Both the position numbers and the translations under genes were made by a program. This document shows, one piece after another, positions 46,942 through 58,455 of a DNA stretch of 64,000 nt (positions are counted from its first letter, which is position 1; the number at the start of each line of letters is the position of its first letter). A model generated the notes under the pieces. The model worked only from the letters and a program-made list of their open reading frames with translations. It was not told the origin of the DNA and searched no databases. Origin of the DNA: an uncultured Bacilli bacterium (GTDB lineage Bacteria > Bacillota_I > Bacilli_A > RF39 > UBA660); contig CAKOSZ010000005.1 in assembly GCA_934119955.1 (NCBI GenBank), positions 53,927 through 117,926 of the forward strand. Reading direction: 5' to 3'.

Positions 46942-47946
46942 ATGCGAATAACGGATGTGAATAAAGATGAAGAGGATATTATTGTTGAAAGTAGTATTCG
47001 TCCTTCTAGAATAGATGAGTATATTGGCCAAAAAGAAGTTAAAGAAAATATAAAAGTATTTATAGAAGCAGCTAAGATTCGAGATGAATCCTTAGATCAT
47101 GTATTATTATATGGTCCACCTGGACTTGGTAAAACAACACTTGCTATGATTATTGCTAATGAACTTAATAAAAATATAAAAACAGCAAGTGGTCCTTCAA
47201 TTGAAAAACCAGGAGATTTAGCTGCTATATTATCAACTCTTGAACCAGGTGATGTTTTGTTTATTGACGAAATACATAGAATTCCTAGGTTTATTGAAGA
47301 AATATTATATCCAGCAATGGAAGATTTTACTTTGGATATTGTAGTTGGAAGTGATAGTCAAGCAAGAAGTATAAAAATAGATTTACCACCCTTTACCTTA
47401 GTAGGAGCAACCACGAGAGCCGGGGATTTAACTAGTCCATTAAGAGATAGATTTGGAATTGTTTGTAAACTAAAATATTATACAACTGAGGAGTTACAAG
47501 AAATAGTTATGCGTACTTCTCGGGTTTTAAATATGAAAATAACCGAAGATGCTGCTCTTGAAATTGCTAAAAGAAGTAGAGGAACACCAAGAATTGCTAA
47601 TCGTTTATTTAAAAGAGTTCGTGATTTTGCTATTGTTTTTCAAAAAGAAAAAATTGATTTAGAAGTATCTCTTGATGCTTTAAATCGTTTAAAAGTTGAT
47701 ACCTTAGGATTAGATGAAGTTGATCATCAATATCTAAGATCATTAATAGAAAAATTTAATGGGGGACCAGTTGGTGTAGAAACCTTAGCCTCTTCAATTG
47801 GGGAAGAAGTTACAACTTTACTTGATGTCTGTGAACCATACTTACTTCAAAATGGTTTTATTAAAAGAACTCCCAGAGGAAGAGTTGCTACGGGGAAATC
47901 ATATAAACATCTAGGAATTAACTATCAAGAAAATTTATTTATATAA
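46942..47946 (+). CDS. ruvB: Holliday junction ATP-dependent DNA helicase RuvB
   Basis: Walker [10 protein letters not shown], Walker B FIDEIHR, sensor GTPRIANRL. Confidence 0.97.
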   Translation: MRITDVNKDEEDIIVESSIRPSRIDEYIGQKEVKENIKVFIEAAKIRDESLDHVLLYGPPGLGKTTLAMIIANELNKNIKTASGPSIEKPGDLAAILSTLEPGDVLFIDEIHRIPRFIEEILYPAMEDFTLDIVVGSDSQARSIKIDLPPFTLVGATTRAGDLTSPLRDRFGIVCKLKYYTTEELQEIVMRTSRVLNMKITEDAALEIAKRSRGTPRIANRLFKRVRDFAIVFQKEKIDLEVSLDALNRLKVDTLGLDEVDHQYLRSLIEKFNGGPVGVETLASSIGEEVTTLLDVCEPYLLQNGFIKRTPRGRVATGKSYKHLGINYQENLFI

Positions 47947-47968
47947 ATAATATAAGGAGAATAAAAAA

Positions 47969-48922
47969 ATGGATATTGTTAGTATTGTTAAAACGAAAGA
48001 AGAAGATATAACACTAAAAGATTATGATAAAAACTTAAAACAAGATGTTTATACTATTACTTATTTTGATAATAAAAAAAATAAATATGTTTTTCAATGT
48101 TTAGGAGGATCAGATAGATTTATTATTTTTCTTAAATTATATGAGCAAAAAATGAATAGAGTTGAAGAACTTATAAAAGATGATATAAGACCTTTTTTCA
48201 ATAAAGAAAGGATTAGACGTGGCTTAGTTTCTTTTCCTATTGGAATTATTTTTGCGATTATATGTATATCTTTGTGGCAGGTATTACCTCAAAATGAAAT
48301 TATATATGCTATTTTAAGATGTTCAGCATATTTTGGATTTATGGTTGGTAGTGGCTTATCATATTCTTTTGTTAGAGATATCAAATATAATGAAAAAGAT
48401 GTTCAAACTTATGTTCCAGATAAAAATGTAGTAAATTCATTTAAATCATTTTCTAAAAAAAAGCAAGCAATTACAGCATTAAAAAGAAAATATGCCAAAG
48501 AAATAAAAACATATGATATAGAAAATAGTGAAGAAAGTGCAGAAAAAGAAAGAATAGAAATACAAAGAAAATATGCCGAAGAAAAACAAGAAAATATAAG
48601 AAAAGAAATGGAAAGAACTCTTCTTGAAATTGATTATCGTGATTATTTAGCACTTAATGCATCACAAAAAAGAGCTTTATATGAAAGGGCACTTAAATTA
48701 AGAGAAAATGGCTATTTTAAACAAGATGTTCCAAGCTTTCTGGAACGAGATCAACAAAGGGAAATGCATTTTTTAGATTTTGCTTTACATGATGAATTTA
48801 ATTTAACTAATACAGCACCACCAGTAAAAAATTATAAATCAGTTTTATTCTATGGAAGTGGAACAAATGATTATGACGAAATAGAAAATAGTCGAGAAAA
48901 CAGGGGAGGTAGAAGAAGATGA
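47969..48922 (+). CDS. Hypothetical membrane protein with charged coiled C-terminal region
   Basis: Two central TM segments. Inserted between ruvB and queA, overlapping the queA start by 4 nt. Confidence 0.55.
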   Translation: MDIVSIVKTKEEDITLKDYDKNLKQDVYTITYFDNKKNKYVFQCLGGSDRFIIFLKLYEQKMNRVEELIKDDIRPFFNKERIRRGLVSFPIGIIFAIICISLWQVLPQNEIIYAILRCSAYFGFMVGSGLSYSFVRDIKYNEKDVQTYVPDKNVVNSFKSFSKKKQAITALKRKYAKEIKTYDIENSEESAEKERIEIQRKYAEEKQENIRKEMERTLLEIDYRDYLALNASQKRALYERALKLRENGYFKQDVPSFLERDQQREMHFLDFALHDEFNLTNTAPPVKNYKSVLFYGSGTNDYDEIENSRENRGGRRR

Positions 48923-49944
48923 TGGTAAGTGATTTTGATTATCCACTTGATGAATCATTAATTGCTCAAACACCACTTGTTAAAAGGGATGAATCAAAAT
49001 TAATGGTTTTAAACAAAAAAACAGGTGAAATTGAGCATAAAAAATTTTTTAATATAATAGATTATTTAAATCCAGGAGATGCCTTAGTTTTAAATGATAC
49101 TAAGGTAATTCCGGCTAGATTAATTGGAGAGAAAATTGATACAAAAGCAAGTATTGAAGTTTTACTTTTAAAAGATATAGGAGAAGATACCTGGGTTTGT
49201 TTAGCAAAACCTGCTAAAAGAATTAAGTTAGGTACAATTGTAACTTTTGGTTCAGGTTTATTAAAAGCCAAGTGTATAAAAATAGAAGATGATGGTATTC
49301 GTCATTTTAAATTAATATATGAAGGAATATTAATGGAAATTCTTGATAAACTAGGTAATATGCCACTTCCTCCTTATATTCATGAAAAATTAAAAGATAA
49401 AGATTTATATCAAACTGTTTATGCTAAAAATATAGGTTCCTCAGCGGCTCCAACAGCAGGGCTTCATTTCACTAAGGAATTACTTCAAAAAATAGAAGAA
49501 AAAGGAGTAAAAGTTTTATATATAACTCTACACGTTGGACTTGGAACATTTCGTCCAGTGATGGTTTCTAATATAAAAGATCATACAATGCACAGTGAAT
49601 ACTATTCGATGAGTAAAAGTGTCGCTGATACTTTAAATGAAACTAGAAAAAATGGAGGAAAAATAATAGCAGTTGGAACAACTTCCACAAGAACTCTTGA
49701 AACAATTGCATCCAAGTTTGGTGAATTTAAAGAATCATCAGGAACAACAAATATTTTTATTTATCCTGGTTATGAATTCAAAGGAATTGATGCTTTAATT
49801 ACTAATTTTCATTTACCAAAGTCAACACTTGTTATGTTAGTATCAGCCTTTTCTTCCAAGGAGTATATTTTAAATGCATATAAAGTAGCCCAAGAAGAAA
49901 AATATAGATTTTTCTCATTTGGGGATGCAATGTTAATTATTTAG
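48919..49944 (+). CDS. queA: S-adenosylmethionine:tRNA ribosyltransferase-isomerase
   Basis: [25 protein letters not shown] and GTTS.RTLE motifs. Confidence 0.95.
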   Translation: MMVSDFDYPLDESLIAQTPLVKRDESKLMVLNKKTGEIEHKKFFNIIDYLNPGDALVLNDTKVIPARLIGEKIDTKASIEVLLLKDIGEDTWVCLAKPAKRIKLGTIVTFGSGLLKAKCIKIEDDGIRHFKLIYEGILMEILDKLGNMPLPPYIHEKLKDKDLYQTVYAKNIGSSAAPTAGLHFTKELLQKIEEKGVKVLYITLHVGLGTFRPVMVSNIKDHTMHSEYYSMSKSVADTLNETRKNGGKIIAVGTTSTRTLETIASKFGEFKESSGTTNIFIYPGYEFKGIDALITNFHLPKSTLVMLVSAFSSKEYILNAYKVAQEEKYRFFSFGDAMLII

Positions 49945-49952
49945 GAGGATTT

Positions 49953-51086
49953 ATGGATAATAAAGAAAAAAAAGTAGATACAAAAACCTTAAATGAATTA
50001 ATTAAAACTGGTAGTATTCTTTTAAAAATAATGCTTACAATGTTTATTCTATCAATTATTGTTTTAGTTATTTATTTACTTGATAAAACTAGTGTCTTAG
50101 TAACAATTGGGCGTGTTTTAGGTATTTTATCACCTCTTTTTATAGGTTTATTGATTGCTTGGCTCTTAGAACCAGGTATTCGTTATTTTACCAAAAACAA
50201 AGTTGGTCGAAAACTAGCAACTGTTGTTGTTTATTTAATCTTTGTTTTTCTAATTATTTTAGTAATTGCTTTAATAATTCCGGAGTTTATTTCTCAGGTA
50301 AATGAATTATTAGGAAAAGTACCTGACTTTTTAAAATCAGTTAATACGTTTATAAATGATTCTTTTAAAAATACTGGGGATGTTGATTTATCAGGTATTA
50401 AACAAAATTTAATTGAAACAATTAATGATTATGTCAATAACTTTGCTAGTCGTAATTTAACAGGAATCGTTGAAAAATTAGGATCATCTATAAAAGTTGT
50501 ATCTAATTTTCTCTTAGGATTATTAATAGCCTTCTATTTATCTCTTGATTTTTCTAAGGTAAGTAAATACGTTACCATAATTGTTCCTAATCGTTTTCAT
50601 GCAGATTTATTAAAAATTAAAAAACCTTTAAATGAAATGTTAAGAAATTATGTTAATGGAACTCTTTTATCTTGCTTATTTGTTATGATTTTATCTTTAA
50701 TAGGATTTTTAATATCTGGGGTATCATCTCCTTTGTTGTTTGCAATTTTCTGTGCAATTACCAATTTAATTCCTTATTTTGGTCCATATATTGGAGGAAT
50801 ACCAGTTGTTGCTGTTGGCTTTGCAATGAATCCTTATGTTGGACTTGGGTGCTTAATAACTGTTTTAATAGTTCAAATCTTAGAAGGAAATATTTTAAAT
50901 CCATTAATTGTTGGCAAAGCAGTATCACTTCATCCAATTACTTTAATGTTAAGTTTACTTGTTTTTGAATACTTCTTTGGTATCTTAGGTATGGTAATAG
51001 CAGTTCCAATAGTTGCAACTTTAAAGATAATTTATTTATTCTTTGAAGATAAATATCATTTTATTAACAAAATGAAGGAGAGATAA
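49953..51086 (+). CDS. AI-2E family transporter (PerM/UPF0118)
   Basis: Polytopic. Shows the family's conserved NLIPYFGPYIGGIPV segment. Confidence 0.8.
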   Translation: MDNKEKKVDTKTLNELIKTGSILLKIMLTMFILSIIVLVIYLLDKTSVLVTIGRVLGILSPLFIGLLIAWLLEPGIRYFTKNKVGRKLATVVVYLIFVFLIILVIALIIPEFISQVNELLGKVPDFLKSVNTFINDSFKNTGDVDLSGIKQNLIETINDYVNNFASRNLTGIVEKLGSSIKVVSNFLLGLLIAFYLSLDFSKVSKYVTIIVPNRFHADLLKIKKPLNEMLRNYVNGTLLSCLFVMILSLIGFLISGVSSPLLFAIFCAITNLIPYFGPYIGGIPVVAVGFAMNPYVGLGCLITVLIVQILEGNILNPLIVGKAVSLHPITLMLSLLVFEYFFGILGMVIAVPIVATLKIIYLFFEDKYHFINKMKER

Positions 51087-51087
51087 T

Positions 51088-52032
51088 TTGAAAAAAATAG
51101 AATTACATTTACATTTAGATGGATCAGTTAATTTAAATCTTGCTTCTACTCTTAGTAGTTTAGATCTAGATATAGTTAAAAATAAAATGATTGCTCCTTT
51201 AAAATGCGAGAATTTAGGAGACTATTTAACAAGATTTGATTTTCCAATTTCTTTAATGCAAACTAAGGAAAACTTAGAATTAATTGCCAGTAAATTAGCC
51301 GATGATTTAATTGTTGACGAAGTAATATATGCTGAAATTAGATTTAATCCCTTAGCATTTACTAATACTTTAACATTAGATGAAGTAATAACTAGTATTT
51401 TAAAAGGACTAAGAAATAAAAAAATAAAAACTAATTTAATTTTATGTATGATGCGAGGATATAGTCATGATGATAATTTAAAAATAATTAATCTAGCTAA
51501 AAAGTATTTAGGAAAAGGAGTAGTTGCAATTGATTTAGCAGGCGATGAAAAAAAATATAAATTAAAAGAATATTTGAGTTTATTTGAATATGCTAAAAGT
51601 TTAAATATTCCTTTTACAATTCATGCAGGAGAAACTGATAAAATTGATATAATAGACGCTATTAATCTTGGAACAAAAAGAATAGGTCATGGAGTATTTT
51701 CAATAACTGATGATAATCTAATTGAAGAGTTAAGAAAAAAAGACATCTTACTTGAAGTATGTCCTACTAGCAATATTCAAACTAATGCTTTTAAAACTTA
51801 CTTAGATCATCCAATTAAAAAACTATATGACTTTGATATCAAAATAAATCTTAGTACTGATAATATGACTGTTTCAAATACAACTCTTGAAAAAGAATAT
51901 GAAATAGTTAAAAAATATAATAATCTAACAGATTTAGATTTAATAAAAATGAATAAAGATAGTATCAACTATGCTTTTCTAAGTGATTTAGAAAAAGAAG
52001 AATTAAGAAAACAATTAGATATCTTGGATTAA
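51088..52032 (+). CDS. add: Adenosine deaminase (TTG start)
   Basis: ELHLHLDGS, HAGE and STDN motifs. RBS GGAGAG lies 6 nt before the TTG. Confidence 0.85.
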   Translation: MKKIELHLHLDGSVNLNLASTLSSLDLDIVKNKMIAPLKCENLGDYLTRFDFPISLMQTKENLELIASKLADDLIVDEVIYAEIRFNPLAFTNTLTLDEVITSILKGLRNKKIKTNLILCMMRGYSHDDNLKIINLAKKYLGKGVVAIDLAGDEKKYKLKEYLSLFEYAKSLNIPFTIHAGETDKIDIIDAINLGTKRIGHGVFSITDDNLIEELRKKDILLEVCPTSNIQTNAFKTYLDHPIKKLYDFDIKINLSTDNMTVSNTTLEKEYEIVKKYNNLTDLDLIKMNKDSINYAFLSDLEKEELRKQLDILD

Positions 52033-52539
52033 CTTATCTAAATAATCCAACATATCTTTTTTTGTATATTTATTAGTACTTAAATACTCTGTTATTAAAT
52101 AAATTGTACCACCTAAATAAAACTTAACAACAATTTCTTTTTCTATTTTTAATTTAACATTAGTATTATCTAAAATATCTTTAATAATTTTGTTTAATAA
52201 AATATCAATCATGATACTATTTTTATTATTAATTAAAATATCAGTAAAAGATTTTTTATGTTCATCTATATAATCTAATAAAATGCTAAAAAAACTTAAA
52301 TAATAACTTTTAATATCTTGATAATTATTTAAATTAAAAATTCTATTTTTTAAATCAGTTAAAAAATCATCTAATAAATCATATTTATCTTGATAATGAT
52401 TATAAAAAGTAGATCTATTAACAAGAGCATATTTACAAATATCTGCAACTTTTATATTTTCAAAGTTAGTTTGTTTCATCAAAAGAATTAAAGCATCATA
52501 TAAATTATTTTTAGTTTTAATAGTTCTTAAATCTTTCAT
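52015..52539 (-). CDS. TetR/AcrR-family transcriptional regulator
   Basis: The N-terminal HTH is IKVADICKYALVNRSTFYNHYQDKYDLL. Start set at the ATG at 52539 behind an AGGTG RBS. Its 3' end overlaps add by 18 nt (convergent). Confidence 0.8.
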   Translation of the reverse strand: MKDLRTIKTKNNLYDALILLMKQTNFENIKVADICKYALVNRSTFYNHYQDKYDLLDDFLTDLKNRIFNLNNYQDIKSYYLSFFSILLDYIDEHKKSFTDILINNKNSIMIDILLNKIIKDILDNTNVKLKIEKEIVVKFYLGGTIYLITEYLSTNKYTKKDMLDYLDKLIQDI

Positions 52540-52686
52540 AACAACACCTAATATTAGTATATTATTTTCCAAATTAATTGTAAAGATATTAGACATATTT
52601 TTAAATTTGTATATTATTAAACAAATAAAAAAATATGTTCTATAAATAAATATTATTTTATTATAGAATTAGTTTAGGAGTTAAAT

Positions 52687-53409
52687 ATGAGTTATTTTTT
52701 AAATTTTGTTTTTATATTTTATATAGGAGCAACAAGTGGTTGGGTGTTAGAATTAATATTTCGAAGAATTGTACATCATAAATGGGTAAATCCAGGTTTT
52801 CTAATAGGACCATACTTACCAATATATGGCTTTGGTTTAGTTAGTTTAACAGTTATTTACTTAATGTTTAATAATTTAAAAATACCAAGTATTTTAGTTA
52901 TTATTTTAATGGGACTAGTGATGACTTTAATAGAATTAATTGGAGGCTTAACATTTGTTAATAAACCTGTTAAATTATGGGATTATAGTAATAGATGGGG
53001 TAATTATAAAGGTATAATATGTCCTTTATTTACACTTATTTGGACCTTAATTGGAGCAGTTTACTATTATTTTATTGCTGGATTTATCATGGATAAACTT
53101 GCTTGGTTTAATAACAACTTATCATTTTCATATATTTTAGGACTATTTACAGGAGTTATTATAATTGATTATGTTTATTCCACAAAATTAATTTATAAAA
53201 TAAGAAAATATGCCCATGATAATAATGTTGATGTCAGGTTAGAAGAATTAAAAACAGATATAAATGAATATCGAAAACAAAGAAAAGAAAAATATTCATT
53301 TATGTTTCCGTTTAAACAAAATATTGATTTAAAAGAATACTTTGAAAAAGAATTAAAAAATAAAAAATTTAAATTTAGAAAATTAAATAAAAAGAAGGAG
53401 AATTTATGA
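52687..53409 (+). CDS. Polytopic membrane protein, 'putative ABC-transporter type IV' (CmpB-like) family
   Basis: GATSGWVLELIFRR...GPYLPIYGFG. Paralogous to 25543-26061. Divergent from the TetR gene. Confidence 0.55.
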   Translation: MSYFLNFVFIFYIGATSGWVLELIFRRIVHHKWVNPGFLIGPYLPIYGFGLVSLTVIYLMFNNLKIPSILVIILMGLVMTLIELIGGLTFVNKPVKLWDYSNRWGNYKGIICPLFTLIWTLIGAVYYYFIAGFIMDKLAWFNNNLSFSYILGLFTGVIIIDYVYSTKLIYKIRKYAHDNNVDVRLEELKTDINEYRKQRKEKYSFMFPFKQNIDLKEYFEKELKNKKFKFRKLNKKKENL

Positions 53410-53954
53410 TAAAAAATTATATTTTAAAATATGAAAAATATTCATCACTTACATCAGTTATGATGATAATACTTGCCACTTTTTTAATAGGAAAACCAGT
53501 TGAAACAATTGAAGCTTTTGTAATTGCATTTTCATCTATTATGGTGGTAGAAGGAATTATTAGTTTTGTTAATTATTTTACCATTGATAAAACTTATAGA
53601 TTAACTAGTTTTGATTTAATAAGTGGTATTATTACTACTTTAACAGGAATACTTTTATTTATATATAGAACTAGTTTAATAAATGTATTTCCAGTTATTC
53701 TAGGTATTTGGATAATTATAAATAATTTATTTAAAATGCAAATATCAATTAATTTAAGTACTATTAAGGATAGTGGTTGGGCTTATTTCTTGCTACTAAA
53801 TATCTTATTGATTATTTTTGGAATAGTTTTAATTATTAATCCATTTACATCATTAGTTGCAATTACAACCATGTCTGGTATTATTTTACTAGTATGCGAA
53901 TGTATTAATTTAGGGGAAAGTATTTATTTAATTACCAAAGTAAAGAAGTTGTAA
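53406..53954 (+). CDS. DUF308/HdeD-like membrane protein
   Basis: Six hydrophobic segments arranged as repeated pairs. Overlaps the upstream gene by 4 nt. Confidence 0.5.
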   Translation: MIKNYILKYEKYSSLTSVMMIILATFLIGKPVETIEAFVIAFSSIMVVEGIISFVNYFTIDKTYRLTSFDLISGIITTLTGILLFIYRTSLINVFPVILGIWIIINNLFKMQISINLSTIKDSGWAYFLLLNILLIIFGIVLIINPFTSLVAITTMSGIILLVCECINLGESIYLITKVKKL

Positions 53955-54058
53955 AATTTCTTTATTTTTTTATTTTTATATTTAAAAAATTATTAAAATA
54001 TGTTATATTATTATAGTTAAAAATAATACAAAGTAATTATGGTTATATAGGAGAAAAT

Positions 54059-56044
54059 ATGGAAAATAAAAAAATGATGTTTACATCTTTAAGTATAATA
54101 AGTGTTTTGGTTTTTGTAATAGGTACAACCTATGCTTTATATAGTTTTAGTAAAACTAGTAATAATTCAAATCTTGTTGTTGGAAATATTTATATGCATT
54201 ACGATGAAACTAATGGTGGTATAAATTTATCGGGCATGGTTCCAAGTAAAACTTATAATAAGGATGCTTATTTTGAGTTTACTATTGATGGAGAAAATAC
54301 TTATAGTGATAAAGATATAAATTATGAAATTGTTTTAAACTATGGAGATGATCATGCAACTAGAAAAACTAGAATAAAAGATGGTTTATTAAATTTTAGA
54401 TTAGTTCAATTAGATTATAATACTACATCTAAAACATATGGAAATGAACAAGTTCTATTTGATAATAGAAGTTATGAAAGTATAAGTGATAAAAGAATCT
54501 GGGAAGATGTTATTACTAAGAGTGATGGTTATGTAAAAAGAATGTATAGATTATATATGTGGTATGCTTATTATACTAATATAGGTAATAGTAGTGATGC
54601 TGATTATGATTTAGATACTTGGAATAATGATGTGTTTGCTAGTATTAAAGTAAACGTAACTGGTGATTTCACACCTAAAAGTATCGAAGCAAATGCTTCT
54701 TGTTTTACAAGTACTTCAACTGATGCTTCTAGTAAGATAACAGCATATGATGAAACATGTGGAACAGATTTAATAATACCAAGTCAAATTAATGGAGTAG
54801 ATGTAACCGAAATAAGTGCTTCTGCTTTTAAAGGTAAAGGTTTAACAAGCGTAGTAATACCTGATACTGTTAGAACTATTGGAAATTATGCTTTTCAAAA
54901 CAATAGTATAAAAACTTTAAAATTATCAAATAATATTCAAAAAATACCAAATTATGCTTTTGATAATAATAAACTAACAAGTATTGATATTCCAAGTAGT
55001 GTTACTTCAATTGGTAATTCTGCATTTAGAAATAATCAAATCACATCTTTGATATTACCAGATACAATTACAACTCTTGAAAATTATGGTTTTCAAAAAA
55101 ATAAAATAAGTGAATTAGTATTACCTAATAGTATTACATCAATACCTGCTGGTTGCTTTGCTTATAATGAATTAACAAGTGTTAATATACCTAGTAGTGT
55201 AACGAGATTATCAGGATTTGATAATAACAAATTAACAAGCATTACTATACCGAGTGGAGTAACAGATTTATCTGGCTTTGCTAATAATCAAATTACTGAT
55301 TTAGTAATACCTGATACCGTTACAACACTTGCACAGGGATCATTTTACAAAAATAAATTAAAGAGTCTTATACTACCTAGTAAAATAAAAACTATTCCTA
55401 ATGGTTGTTTCAATAATAATAATTTAACAAATGTAACTATACCAGAAAGCGTAACAATATTAGCAGGGTTTGATAATAATCAAATAACAAGTGTTAATAT
55501 ACCTAGCAACGTAACGAATTTATCAGGATTTTCTGGTAATAAATTGACAAGCATTACTATACCAAATAGTGTAATATATTTATCAGGACTTGCAAGAAAT
55601 AAATTGACAAGTATTACTATACCGGAAAGTGTAACAAGCATCTCTGGTCTTTCTAATAACCAGATATCAAGTATTGAAATACTTGGTACTGAATCATCTA
55701 TTTCTATTGCTGGATTAGATAATAATAAATTAACAAGTATAACATTGCCTGATAGTGTTACATCAATAGGTGCTAACACGTTTAAAGGAAATGACTTAAA
55801 AACAGTTACGATTGGAAAAAATATTTTATATATAGCAACTAATGCTTTTGAAAAAAGTAGTACCTCTAATCCTAATTTAGAATCAATAACGTTAGGTAAA
55901 ACTTGTAATGAGATTAAAACAGGAATTCGTTCTACAAGGTTAAATGGTTCATCAATAGTTTATCCTTGGTTATCAAGTACTAGTCCATATACAGCAACTG
56001 GTGTAACAATATATGGTACTGATGGTGTATGTGATAGTTATTAA
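54059..56044 (+). CDS. Exported protein: anchor + shared N-terminal module + BspA-type leucine-rich repeats
   Basis: TM followed by GTTYALYSFSKT. YRLYMWY resembles FRLYAWI in 38907. About 14 repeats of 22-23 aa (IP.SVT.I...AF..N.LTS). Confidence 0.75.
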   Translation: MENKKMMFTSLSIISVLVFVIGTTYALYSFSKTSNNSNLVVGNIYMHYDETNGGINLSGMVPSKTYNKDAYFEFTIDGENTYSDKDINYEIVLNYGDDHATRKTRIKDGLLNFRLVQLDYNTTSKTYGNEQVLFDNRSYESISDKRIWEDVITKSDGYVKRMYRLYMWYAYYTNIGNSSDADYDLDTWNNDVFASIKVNVTGDFTPKSIEANASCFTSTSTDASSKITAYDETCGTDLIIPSQINGVDVTEISASAFKGKGLTSVVIPDTVRTIGNYAFQNNSIKTLKLSNNIQKIPNYAFDNNKLTSIDIPSSVTSIGNSAFRNNQITSLILPDTITTLENYGFQKNKISELVLPNSITSIPAGCFAYNELTSVNIPSSVTRLSGFDNNKLTSITIPSGVTDLSGFANNQITDLVIPDTVTTLAQGSFYKNKLKSLILPSKIKTIPNGCFNNNNLTNVTIPESVTILAGFDNNQITSVNIPSNVTNLSGFSGNKLTSITIPNSVIYLSGLARNKLTSITIPESVTSISGLSNNQISSIEILGTESSISIAGLDNNKLTSITLPDSVTSIGANTFKGNDLKTVTIGKNILYIATNAFEKSSTSNPNLESITLGKTCNEIKTGIRSTRLNGSSIVYPWLSSTSPYTATGVTIYGTDGVCDSY

Positions 56045-56096
56045 AATATTAGAATTTAGTTTAACTAAGTTCTTTTCTTTTTATTATTAAAAGTAC

Positions 56097-56126
56097 TTGC
56101 AAATATTGTATCGTGTGATACAATAT
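56097..56126 (+). promoter_or_regulatory. Promoter overlapped by a perfect 10-bp-arm inverted repeat (operator)
   Basis: TTGCAA, 16-nt spacer, TGaTACAAT. The inverted repeat is ATATTGTATC-gtgt-GATACAATAT (56103-56126). Confidence 0.65.
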
Positions 56127-56143
56127 ATATTGTGGAGGAGTTT

Positions 56144-56854
56144 ATGATAGAAATTAAAAATGTTAGTAAGACTTATAATGGTAAGAAGTTGGCTCTTGAT
56201 AAAGTAAGTTTTACAGTTAATGATGGGGAGATTTTTGCTTTTATTGGTCATAATGGGGCTGGTAAAACAACTTTGATTAAATCGATTGTTGGAATACTTG
56301 AATTTAATGAAGGAGATATTTTGATAAATGGTAAATCGATTAAAAAAGATCCAATTGCTTGTAAAAAAGAAATTGCATATATTCCAGATAATCCTGATTT
56401 ATATGAAAATATGAAAGCCATTGATTTCATTAATTTTATTTGTGATATGTACGAGGTTAGTAAAGAAGAAAGAAGCATTAATATTAAAAAATATGCTGAT
56501 ATTCTAGAACTAAGTGATAATTTAGGAGATGAAATATCATCTCTCTCTCATGGTATGAAACAAAAAGTTGCTTTAATTGCAGCCTTATCTCATGATCCTA
56601 AAATTTTAATTATGGATGAACCATTTGTTGGTTTAGATCCTAAGGCTGTTTATGATATGAAAAATATTATGAAAAGTATGGTTAAAGAAAACAAAAGTAT
56701 TTTTTATTCAACTCATATATTAGATGTTGCTGAAAAAATATGCGATAGGGTTGCTATTATCAAATCAGGTAAAATTGTTAAAGTAGGTAAAATGAGTGAG
56801 ATAAAAGGTGATGAATCACTTGAACAAGTATTCTTAGAGTTAGGTGATAAATAA
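56144..56854 (+). CDS. ABC transporter ATP-binding protein (ABC-2/YtrB-like)
   Basis: Walker A GHNGAGKTT, signature LSHGMKQK, Walker B LIMDEPFVGLD. RBS GGAGGAG precedes the ATG at 56144. Confidence 0.9.
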   Translation: MIEIKNVSKTYNGKKLALDKVSFTVNDGEIFAFIGHNGAGKTTLIKSIVGILEFNEGDILINGKSIKKDPIACKKEIAYIPDNPDLYENMKAIDFINFICDMYEVSKEERSINIKKYADILELSDNLGDEISSLSHGMKQKVALIAALSHDPKILIMDEPFVGLDPKAVYDMKNIMKSMVKENKSIFYSTHILDVAEKICDRVAIIKSGKIVKVGKMSEIKGDESLEQVFLELGDK

Positions 56855-58455
56855 TGCAATTACTATCTTTAATTAAAGCTAATTTCAGTGAAGGAATGAG
56901 TATTTTTAAAGTGGGAAAGGGGTCTAAACTTAAAAAAGTTTTCCTTACTATTATCTTATTTTCTTTAATACTTATATCATTTGGTTACTATGCTTATGAA
57001 ATTGCAAGTGTCTTGCATCAAGTTAATTTAACTTATATTGTTTTAAGTATAGCACTTACAACAGTTATGATTACATCTTTTATAGAAGGTATTTATAAAA
57101 GTCAAGGTATATTATTTGAAACTAGTGATAATGACTTATTATTTTCTTTGCCAATTAAAAAATCAACAATATTTTTTGTGAGAATTTTAAAATTATTAGT
57201 TTTTCAAATTTTATTTAATACAATGTTTTTACTTCCTTGTATGGTGGTTTATGCTTATTTTGAAAACCCAGGAGTGTCTTATTATTTATTATCACTTTTA
57301 ATGTTAATTATTGCTCCTATTATTCCTACTGTCTTATCATGCATAATTGGTTATTTAATAAAAGGCATATCATCTAAATTTAAATCAAAGAAATTAATAC
57401 AAACAATTTTCTCTTTAATAATGCTTTTAGTTATTTACTTCTTATCATTTTCAATGAATAATGTTGTTGATAATTTACAAAGTAACGCTTTAAATATAAA
57501 TAATACTTTAAGTAAAATTAACTTTGCTACTAATTATTATATTAATTTAATTAATGAATTTAATTTATTAGATTTTTTAAAACTAATTTTAATTAATTTT
57601 ATACCTTTAATTTTATTAGTATATCTAGGTTCTATTTATTATTTTAAAATTATTTTTAACTTTAAAGAAACAAAGGTTAAACATACTAAATATAAAATTC
57701 ATGAAATTAAAACTAGCACTCCTTTAAAAGCCTTAGTTAAAAAAGAATTTAATAAATATATAACAACACCTGTTTATATGATTAATACTTTATTTGGAGG
57801 AATTCTTCTACTCATTATGACGATTGCTTTTTGTACTAATACCACAAATTTAATAGATTTATTTAATAAAAGTGAAAATACAAATATTACTATCTATATG
57901 GTATATAATTATTTACCTAAGATATTCTATGGAATGGTTTTATTTGGTGGTTTTACAACATCTATTACTTCATCTAGTATTTCTATTGAAGGAACTAAAA
58001 TAAATTTACTTAAAAGTTTACCTATTGATATTAAAACAATTTTTAAATCTAAAATAATATTTTCTAATTTAGTTTTAATGCCTTTTATCTTTTTAAGTGA
58101 TTTAATCTTTTTAATTAGTTTTAAAATAAATATATTAGATATAATATTTATTATTCTAGCAAGCATTTTAGTTCCAATTTTAACATCTTTACTAGGATTA
58201 TATATAAATTTATTAAAACCTAAAATGATATTTAAAACTGAAACTGAGGTTGTTAAACAAAGTATAGCAGTTGTAATATCTGTTTATACAGGAATCTTTC
58301 TTTTAGGTATATCACTTGGTTTATTATTTATATTTAATACTAATTTAAATTTAGTAGTTATTTTAGAACTTTTAGTTTACTTATTATCAATATTTATGTT
58401 AATATATTTATTGAAAAGAAAGGGAGAACAGAAGTTTAGGGAGATAACGGTATGA
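56854..58455 (+). CDS. Large polytopic permease of the 'putative ABC exporter' type
   Basis: 533 aa with about 12 hydrophobic segments. The start overlaps the ATPase stop (TAATG). Confidence 0.65.
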   Translation: MQLLSLIKANFSEGMSIFKVGKGSKLKKVFLTIILFSLILISFGYYAYEIASVLHQVNLTYIVLSIALTTVMITSFIEGIYKSQGILFETSDNDLLFSLPIKKSTIFFVRILKLLVFQILFNTMFLLPCMVVYAYFENPGVSYYLLSLLMLIIAPIIPTVLSCIIGYLIKGISSKFKSKKLIQTIFSLIMLLVIYFLSFSMNNVVDNLQSNALNINNTLSKINFATNYYINLINEFNLLDFLKLILINFIPLILLVYLGSIYYFKIIFNFKETKVKHTKYKIHEIKTSTPLKALVKKEFNKYITTPVYMINTLFGGILLLIMTIAFCTNTTNLIDLFNKSENTNITIYMVYNYLPKIFYGMVLFGGFTTSITSSSISIEGTKINLLKSLPIDIKTIFKSKIIFSNLVLMPFIFLSDLIFLISFKINILDIIFIILASILVPILTSLLGLYINLLKPKMIFKTETEVVKQSIAVVISVYTGIFLLGISLGLLFIFNTNLNLVVILELLVYLLSIFMLIYLLKRKGEQKFREITV

